A stretch of 64,000 nucleotides of DNA from Octopus vulgaris (taxonomy: Eukaryota): assembly GCA_951406725.2 (NCBI GenBank), contig OX597823.1:24118001-24182000 (forward strand), given 5' to 3'. Numbering within the stretch: position 1 is the first letter of the stretch; the number at the start of each line of letters is the position of its first letter. Below are positions 55,271 through 64,000 of the stretch, in pieces. Under the pieces are notes generated by a model, which saw nothing but the letters and a program-made list of their open reading frames with translations, was not told the DNA's origin and made no database searches. A program made the position numbers and the translations under genes.

Positions 55271-56429
55271 TGATGGAAACTCCCAGCTTATTTTGCTGGC
55301 AATGGTGGCAAGTGTCAACTGTCCACAACCAGCAAACTAATGCAATGCTTGTTTATTGGTCCTGCTTTGAGAACCCTACTATTATTATTATTATCATTAT
55401 TTTCATTAGTATTTTCTTTCAGTTCTGTTTCCATTTCTTGCCAAGTGTCTTCTTGACACCCAGAACAGAGAAACATACTGTATACATTGGTAGGTCATTA
55501 AAACAAATGTACCAGATTGTTCATTTACAGAGCCATGTGATAGAGAAAAAGGAGAAAACAGAGAGGAAAGGGAAAAAATAAAAAAATAGAAAAGTAAACA
55601 AATGAAATAAAAGGGAAAAGGAAAGAAAATTCACAGTGACTAATATTGTTGATGTTGTTGTTATTATTATTATTATTGCCGTCATCCTGGCAAGCTTTGC
55701 TTGACCTCACTCTGTAGATTTTATGTAGAAAAAAATCACAAAATAATGTATTTGCACCCTTCAAGTTCATACCATTGTAGACAAGTTTTTGCTGTTGAGC
55801 GGTATGTTTATTTACCTGTTTTGTCTCCCAGTTTTGGGGGACAGGTCAATTGATTTTGGTTTTTAATCATAGTTGTTTGCATTTTCCCTACCAACATGGA
55901 GAAAACACTTTAAAACACAGTGATGCTCGCATGTGATAGAAGGGGAGAGAGTGAGGAGCATCACCAAACATCAATGAGAGAGAATGCGAGCATGGGGAAG
56001 TGATTTCACGCTGATAAAATGAACTAATGATAGTTGTATTTTTGTCACAAAAAGGACAAAAAGGCCAACAGGGCCAATTTTTCGCAAAGGATCTCTTAGA
56101 AGATCTTCAGAAAAGCGAAGGCTCCAGTTTTGACAACATTGTTCGAAATAAAAACAGCAATTTCGAAAATGTAAACGATGAGTGTCCTTTCAATGAGAGT
56201 CAATGGATGAGTTGAGCATCAACAACAACACCAACAACAGCAGTAACAGCAACAACAACAACATCAGCAGTACCATCAACGACCACAACAACAACAATAA
56301 CAAAGGTGACAATAATGGCAGCAACAAAAGCAACAACAACAATGATGAAGCTGGAATAACTCTTCTAAACTTACTTTCTCTGGAGCAGCCAAGTCATCTC
56401 TTCAGAGAACACAATTCTCTGAAGAGGAA

Positions 56430-57300
56430 CTTAAAATGCTAGACAGCTAGTCGAAAGAGACGGAATAGCTGTAAAGTTAAATACCGCCGCCCACCCCATC
56501 TGAGACAATCTAGGATAAAATATGCCGCACAGTGACATACTGTACAATCAATTTAAAATCAAGGTGGGTGGAAAGAGCCACAGAGGCTCAAATACAAAAA
56601 GCTTTAGGTTCTGTCTGGAATCTAAAAAAATATATACAGAAAAGAAGGGCCTATGGAATGGTGGACATTTGATTCTGCACTGAGGAAGAAGCCAAACATC
56701 ACTCTCTAAATCCCCTCCAAAGCAAGGCACTGTTGTTAGTTCCTTTCCACTGCAGTCAGAGACTGGCTAAAATCATCATTCAACAGGTGCCACCAGAAAT
56801 AGCTATTCTTTGGCAAATTGCTGCAGTGACAATAGACATTGAGGAAAACTCAAAAATCCTTGAAGCTTATCAGACCAAAAAAGAGAACTGGTACAGGATG
56901 ACCATAGAACTTATACAAATGACACAAAAGAATGTGGATCTCATCCCAGACCAGATCCTTCTTCCTGGGGGCAGCATAAATCCAATCAGGGTAGATGGAA
57001 GGAAAGCAATGTGCCACATTTGCTTTTCAACTAACCAGTTAAAAGTCTTCTGCCCTAGACTGAAGGAAAAAGAGAGACAGGCACCTCTCCTCCCTACACA
57101 AACAATGGCCTCCAGAACTCCAGCAACAACAGCACCATCATCATCAGCAGATTCAGCTGTGGCAACATCAACAACAATACCGATGCCGAGTTTCCCCAAA
57201 CACTTTTCAACACCCGAAGATATTCCACTTCCCGATGGGGAGCAGGTGGACATCACAGGTGGAGTCAGACCATGATGAGGAGTGGAAGTTGAAAACTGAA
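56430..57300 (+). mobile_element. Decayed gag-like ORF1 of a non-LTR element (Tx1/L1-like)
   Basis: ORF 56733-57275: IRVDGRKAMCHICFSTNQLKVFCP, a degenerate CX2CX4HX4C knuckle after a V-x-G-R motif; upstream frame is interrupted. Confidence 0.5.
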
Positions 57301-57654
57301 AAAAGAAAAAGAGACAGAAAAAAAACCCAAACATATAGACAAATAACAACAATCCTCATCCACACAAGAAGCAGAAAAAAAATCAAAACAAAAACAAATA
57401 CACCCAAAACAGTCACTGTATCAACAACCACAACCATCATCACAGCAACAACAACAAACACAAATTAAAGAGACTAACATTACAAACTGCTTGGCAATAA
57501 GCACAAAAAACAATGAATTAATGAAGTACATCATGACACACAAAAACATTACACCAGACGATTTTGTCACAACCACAATCTCCCTACCTGCACACATACA
57601 AATCATTCAAACAACATAAAACACATACACATTCTTAAAAACGCAATTCACACA

Positions 57655-58065
57655 GGAAATTGGAGACTTGATCGCACTGCTTGTTAAAATTCCTGAGTAT
57701 TTTGTAATGTTCATTTCCCATTACTCCCTCTGGCTTGTGTTCATAACTTTGTTCAGCTCTCTCAAGGTTTGCTTTATTGCACAGCAGCCAGTGGACATAT
57801 CTGGCCACATTGTTATGTCTCCTTTTATATTCACATTGTGCATACAGCACTCACTAACAATATGGCTTATACTTTCTCCTTTCTCAAGGTACATCCTACA
57901 CTGTAGTGAGTCAATGCTTTTATTAATGTTATATTTGGAGTAGTTTGTTCTGAGATCTTGTTTCTGAGTGCTGCACACTAATGCCTCATTGGGCCCTTTT
58001 AAGCCTCCTTTCTGCAGCCATTGCCATGTTCTATTCCTTTTATTCTTCAAAAGCTGATTATGCAT
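57655..58065 (-). mobile_element. R4/Dong-like LINE fragment
   Basis: TWQWLQKGGLK..EALV, CRMYLEKGESISHIVSEC, YKRRHNNVARYVHW, YEHKPEGV; adjacent (ATT)n. Confidence 0.78.
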
Positions 58066-58652
58066 TATTATTATTATTATTATTATTTCTTTATAGATAA
58101 ATATGTAAAAGTACCAGCAATTGATATCTGGTGCATTATTTTATAATTGTTTTATACAAACATAACCCAGCCACAAAATTATTTTTCAGCATAACACACA
58201 CTTCTCAGAATTGATTTGAATTGCTGTACATCATGACACATACACAAAAGCTCACCTGAATGTTTCAGCTGTAGATAATTCATTTATATATACCTCTATT
58301 GGTAGTGTTTGTTTAACATTGAATGGCCATAATAATGCTTGATATTTTGGTTGACCACCTGTTTAAGGTCATACTAACCATATAAATGCACACCATGAGA
58401 GAGGAGATGTATAGATGTATTGTCTTCAGCCAAAATATTGGGACAAGTTTTCAATTAATTCTTATGATGTTATATAACTCACATGAATCATGACTAGGGT
58501 ATCATTTGTACATCAATTATCTGTTTTGTCCATTTTCAAAATTATGCACTAGATGCCTTACAATAATTATCGTATGGAGCATCTGGGTATATTTGTGTTT
58601 GGGTGGATGGATGGATGAGTTAAAAATAAACTGGTTATTTTTTTTTTTGCAG

Positions 58653-58883
58653 CTAATGATAAGCCTATTGTGTTGAAAAAAGTTAGCATGGCAAAGCAGG
58701 ATATTTTGAAACGGTTTAAGAATGTGAACTTAAAGAAGTGTAATGAAGCTTGCTATCAATATCTAGAATGTAATTCTTATCAGTACAATGAGGAGGAGAA
58801 GTTATGTGAGCTGAGTAATGTGACTCAGTTGACTGATAAACTTAAACCCAATGGAAGTTGGGATGTATACATTATTAATCCAG
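58653..58883 (+). CDS. Exon B4, PAN/apple-like type B
   Basis: ttgcag|CT...CCAG|gtcagt; 231 nt; NDKPIVLKKVSMAKQDILKRFKNVNLKKCNEACYQYLECNSYQYNEEEKLCELSNVTQLTDKLKPNGSWDVYIINP. Confidence 0.88.
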
Positions 58884-60005
58884 GTCAGTAGAGTGTTTCC
58901 ATCTAATTTATTGCTTGCATTGCTATGTTTATATATATATATATATATGCATATTACATCTATGTGTGTGTGATCATCATCATTTAAGGTCAGTCTTCCA
59001 TGCTGGCATGAGTTGGCCATTTTCACAGGAGCTAGACAACCTGGAGAGCTGCACTAGGTTTCATTGTCTGCTTTGGCCTGGTTTCTACTGCTTGATGCCT
59101 TCCCTAATGTCAACCACTTTATAGAGTGCTTTTTAATGTGATACCAGCATTGGCGCTTTTTATGTAGCACCGACTGCAGTGGGGTCACCAAGTAAATTGT
59201 GAGACTAAGACATCTCTCCTTGGAGAGAAGTGGAAACAAAGTAGATGACTTCATGTCAGCTTAGAGTTAAAGGTATAATAGAGAGATAGAGATAGGTGTC
59301 TTACTATAGAAGAAATAGGGAGAGTTTACGAAAAAAACAAAAGACAAAGACAGGTGGTGTACAAAACAAACAGATGTATTAGTATAACGCTCAGGAATAG
59401 AAAAATTCTTTTACGTTTTGGGCCTACACTCTTCTACAGAAAGGGATACAGAAAAAAACAAGGAGAGAAAAAAATGTGTGTAGTGGCTAATGATCTATCA
59501 TGGCGACAATAGATCGTTAGCCACTACATGAAATTTTTTTTAACGAAAGTTTCAACAAATACTGCACAGATGCTGTGGGTTCAGAGTATGTAGGGATTTA
59601 TGGGAAAGAATTTTTCCTAGAGGTTAGGGAGAGGAGTTTTGGAAAATTCACATGACCCGACTGTTTTCCCCTCATAACTTTCAAGAAAATGGATTTCTTT
59701 TAATGAAATTTTATACAAATACCTTTCAAGTTAACATAGATTATGATTATGAAGAAATGTGTGGGGAAGAGAGGGCATGGAGAGAGGAGTTTCAAAAAAC
59801 AGTTTTGGATCAGGAACACCAAATAAGTTGGAACTATTCCATTTTGATGGGGATTTTTCACATTTTTTTAACCACAGCCTTCTAAAAGATGTGTACAGGT
59901 AACATCTTTTTATGAAAAAAAGGTTTTTAACATTTTTTGTACAACCCCCTTCCCCTTTCACTTTCACTTCGCTTCTCTTCATATATATATATACATACAT
60001 ACATA

Positions 60006-60066
<61 letters not shown>

Positions 60067-60729
60067 ATTTACTTAATTTATTTTGACTTATTTTTTTAAA
60101 ATTATGTATTTCTACATTTTTATCCCTTTTATTGTTATTCACTTTAGTTTATGCTTGTATTCTTCTTTCATTATAGTCTTGTCCTTTCTCCCTTTTCCTT
60201 GACATTTTCTCTTTCTAGTTTTGTCTTCCATTTGTTCGCTATCTACTTTTCTCGTAACACACATAGAAAAAGTCTCCTCATCTTCACAACCTCAGACGTC
60301 TGATCTCCATAACATAATGCAATAAAGGTTTTTACTTATAATCCATTATAGTTAAGCATCAAATTGCAACCACAACAGTGAAACATATGAGAACAGATGA
60401 TACAAATTTGTGCACTTCATAATTCCTTCAACATTTGTTGTGTGTATCACAAACAGTAACACCACAAGTTAAAACAGTAACTAATCAATTATAATCTAAG
60501 TAGATGGGATGTTCATCATTTATGTGATGCTTTAAATTCAAGAGTAGCAGTCATTCATCTAACTATACACACAAGATAGTATGTGTGTGTGCACATGCAC
60601 GCAGGTGTGAAAATGTCTTCAGTTTGTTCACTCAATATCTTTTATGCTAAATTTATCACTATCTCCTCATTCTCCCTCTCTTTCTAACATATTCTCAAAA
60701 TTGATATCAATTTCTCTTATCACTTCTAG

Positions 60730-60900
60730 TTTACACAGAAACTGACTGTGGACAGCCAAAAGATATTGCTAGAGCATCAAAATCTTACAACACCACTACC
60801 TTTCATTCTGAAGTGACTTATTCTTGTCCAGGAGGACATAAATTAAAAGCTATATGTAAAGAAGGCAATAGATGGCTTCCAGTAATGACTTCTTGTAAAG
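60730..60900 (+). CDS. Exon C4, short Sushi/CCP-like (absent from ORF track)
   Basis: ttctag|TT...AAAG|gtaaaa; 171 nt; YTETDCGQPKDIARASKSYNTTTFHSEVTYSCPGGHKLKAICKEGNRWLPVMTSCK. Confidence 0.88.
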
Positions 60901-61329
60901 GTAAAAGGTTCTCACTTTTTCCTCTGTCTAGATAATTTTGTTTTATTTTTGTGTTAAGTTTCTTTATCAGTGAAAGACTGGCTATACCCATGTCAGTTTT
61001 CATGGTCTTTGTGGTTGGTTGGAGGGAGAGAAGAATTTACATAACCTCAGACCAGAAAACTTTGCAAATGCTTGCAACAGAGTAGATTTCATTAAATCTA
61101 TTCAAAGGCAAGGTAATGATATCAAATTTAGTTGATGCATTAAGTTTTCCACTAAAAACAGGAAGCAATTAGAGCATGTTCTTTCCAGACGGTTTCCACA
61201 TAGTTTCCATCCATTAAATTTCATCCACAAGTACAAGTTGTCCTTATATTTTCGAACAAGGGAATCGATTCCCTTGTTTGAAAATATAAGGACACAGATC
61301 ATGTCATATAGCCAAATGGAGACGATGTC

Positions 61330-62222
61330 TCCTGGAGCTAAATTACAGCAACACTTATCCTAAATCAGGACTGCCATATTATATTGGCAAACAATCTTTA
61401 CACCAAAGTACTGTCATTGAATATCTCTCGCTGTGAGATTTACTGTGGTTACTGTGCAAGTTGTGAAATTTGTGTTTTTGTGATCACATGTTTGAAAGGC
61501 CTGCGATTTTGTCATGGACAGGAACAAAGAGCCAACGTGAAATTTTGCGTTAAACTTGGAATGTATGTTATAGAGACATTGAGCATGCTTTGGAAGGCCT
61601 ACAGCGATGAGGCAATAGGTCATACTCAATGTTTTGAGGGGCATGGGTGCTTCAAAAATGGAAGAATGTTCCTAGAAGACAATGAATGATCCTAGATGAT
61701 CTGTCACGAGTGTCACCCTCGGAAATGTGGTATTGTGCATCAAGAATTCATCCCCCAAGGGCAGATTGTCAATTGAGGGTCCTACCACGATGTTTTGAAA
61801 TGTTTGAGGGAGGACATTCAGCAAAAGCAACCGGATTTGTATAGTATGAAGAATTGGATTCTTCACCAAACTCTTCTCAATCATGAGTTTCTTGCCAAAA
61901 ATAACATGGTACTGCTTCCACACCCACCCTATTCTCCAAATTTAGCACTTGCAGACTTCCACCTCTTCCTCAAGATGAAAATGAAGCTCAAAAGTCACTA
62001 TTTTAACACTGTTGTCAAGATCAAGAGTGAATCACAGAAGATCTTCTACCTGCTTACAGAAAATGACTTCCAGGTGAGATTCCAAGAGTGAGAGGAATGC
62101 TGGGACTGAGGTATTACTGCACAAGGTGACTATTTATAAGTAGATGATGTTAAAACTTAGGTAAATTATTTATTTTTTATTAAACATAACTAATCTGGGA
62201 ACCTTTTGATACCACCTCATAT
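61330..62222 (+). mobile_element. Decayed, internally deleted mariner transposon
   Basis: EQRANVKFCVKLG N-terminus, WILH, HPPYSPNLALADFHLF; TIR-like TTTTGATACCACCTCATA at ~62204-62221. Confidence 0.85.
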
Positions 62223-62823
62223 TCCATTATTTGACTGTTAGTTTGAGTTATTGACCCCCCACAAGATTAACAGGAAAAGTTTTCATTAGTTAGACTTGTG
62301 AAGCATTTCTTCCAAAGCTGTAACTAGTATACATTTATTCATTTAAAGCAAAGATGAGAATGATCAGGCAATTTTTTGACTGTTGAGGGATCTCTATTTA
62401 GGACATTTGAAGAACTCCATCATTGCTCTGTATTCCAAGGACAAGAGTCCTATCAAATTATTGTTCTTTGATGTACAGGTTTATGCACCCTGGGACCCAA
62501 CAACTTTCACTATTTTTGCCCCTCTCACACCATTTAGAACATTTTCCTTGTGGAGAGTATCTTCCTCTCCATCCTCATCTTTATAAATGAAACTTTAAAA
62601 ATGTCTTGTGCTATTTGCTCTGGCTCTTTAATATCTGATTTCAAATCTTGCTAATATTAACATTGCTCTTCCTGAGCCAACAAAGTGGAAAACCAATCAA
62701 GTGTAGAGACCAATTTAATTGACCAATTCAGACCTCAAATTTTTGTTCTTTTGTCTCTGTTAGAAATTATTTCTTTTATTGTTGCCGTTGTTTTCATTGG
62801 TGTAAATTTTATTTTAATTCCAG

Positions 62824-63063
62824 TTGCTGAGAACCATTTTGTGAAAATAGTAAGTGCAGCTCTAGATATATCTGGGAAAATATTGTGGAAAAAGGAAAGA
62901 GTAACAGCAGAAGCCTGTGCAGAAAAATGTGTGTCTGATGAAACTTGTATATCATTTGAAATAATGAAAAAAACTGAGCAATGTTACTTATCAAAGGAAA
63001 GTGCAGCTACCTCTAAGGAAATAAAAGCAGACAATAGCAGAAACTACTATCAACAAGTAAAAC
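62824..63063 (+). CDS. Exon A5, PAN/apple-like type A
   Basis: ttccag|TT...AAAC|gtaatt; 240 nt; AENHFVKIVSAALDISGKILWKKERVTAEACAEKCVSDETCISFEIMKKTEQCYLSKESAATSKEIKADNSRNYYQQVK. Confidence 0.89.
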
Positions 63064-64000
63064 GTAATTATTTTTTGTTCTTTATTATTGGAATTTTCTT
63101 TTCTTTTTTTTTTCTTGGAATTTGTTATTCCATTTGTAATCCATAGTATGTAGACAACCATTTCTGTAAAGACATTGACAGGTTTACCTATAATGAAAGG
63201 CATAGAGACATTCTAAAAAAAAAAACAGTATTAAGAATTATAAATACTGAGCAGCAACAGGAGTAACAGTAGTAGCATCAGTAGTGGTGGTGGTAGAAGA
63301 AGAAGATGAAGAAATGATGCCAAATTTTGACACATACATAGCAGTTCTAAGGGGAGTGGTAATTCATACCACTTACCACAATTCATGATTAGTATTATAT
63401 AGTATCTGCACCAGAAGGATGAAAGACAGTTTTTTTTCCTGACGGAGTTTGAACTTGGAGTGTAATAAGACAGAAGACATAAGCAAGGTAGCATGTCTTT
63501 TGCACAGTATTTCACCTTTGTTGCATTCCTCTATAATATGACATGTAAAATAACAGAATAAAGTAATGCTAATTTATTTAGTCATGTATCTCCTATATTT
63601 TGGTATGGTTATTATGGATGGATGCCTTTCCTGTAACCAGCCATTATACCCACATAAAAAGAGTTCCTTTTTCCATGCTACTAGAATTCGAGAAAATAGG
63701 AATATTTCCATAGTATCAAATAGAAAACAGCCAGCAAATTCACTGGAATTGATCACAAGGGTTTTGTCTTTGCTACCAAGACCCTTTCTTCTTGATATGC
63801 TGTGCTCAGGGCAAACATTAGATTTAGTGACTTCAATGGTTGAATACTCATGAATGCCTGCATGCCATTTCTATCATGATGAATCTTTCTTGTCAAAAAT
63901 AAATGAGAGTCATTTCTTTGTATATCTATGAGACAACTCTAATGGGCCAAAATTGCCAACCTCACTACAATTTGTATTCAGTGTACAATCAAGAATTTCA

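Larger units (their letters stand above)
9864..63063 (+). other. Internal segment of a multi-exon gene for a repetitive, probably extracellular protein, (PAN-A / PAN-B / short Sushi)n; 13 exons, 934 codons in window, open at both ends
   Basis: Exons 9864-10100, 13370-13603, 19112-19282, 22065-22304, 27101-27325, 31010-31180, 34770-35009, 41134-41367, 45856-46026, 50167-50403, 58653-58883, 60730-60900, 62824-63063. All are AG/GT bounded, phase 1-1, with lengths divisible by 3. Junction codons are L,V,V,Y,A,V,P,V,V,P,V,V (no stops). Cys patterns are conserved within each class. Confidence 0.88.

Noticed and set aside
56733-57275. Host gene nested in the A4-B4 intron
   Set aside because: Degenerate gag-like knuckle, interrupted upstream frame and no exon structure; better explained as a retroelement ORF1 relic.

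Overview
AT-rich eukaryotic DNA, dense in microsatellites and transposons. The repeat landscape resembles cephalopod (octopus-like) genomes, but that is my inference and no search was run. The main feature is mostly hidden from the ORF track: a + strand gene segment of 13 short coding exons in the strict order A-B-C-A-B-C-A-B-C-A-B-C-A. A and B are two distinct 4-Cys PAN/apple-like modules, and C is an unusually short Sushi/CCP-like module. Every exon has canonical AG/GT boundaries and phase 1 at both ends. Joined in order they give 2802 nt (934 codons) with no stop, no start and no end, so the gene runs off both edges. The introns were duplicated with the exons and show a higher-order 6-exon period of about 25-32 kb. 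In two pairs counted by hand, copies differ mostly by amino-acid-changing substitutions while all cysteines are kept. The introns hold decayed mobile elements: RTE, R4/Dong-like, CR1 and CRE-like LINEs, Penelope-like elements, a Gypsy LTR element, mariner relics, Helitron-like and TTAA-flanked non-autonomous elements, and SINEs. There is also a 29-bp hairpin minisatellite. Exon coordinates were read base by base; most transposon boundaries are approximate.
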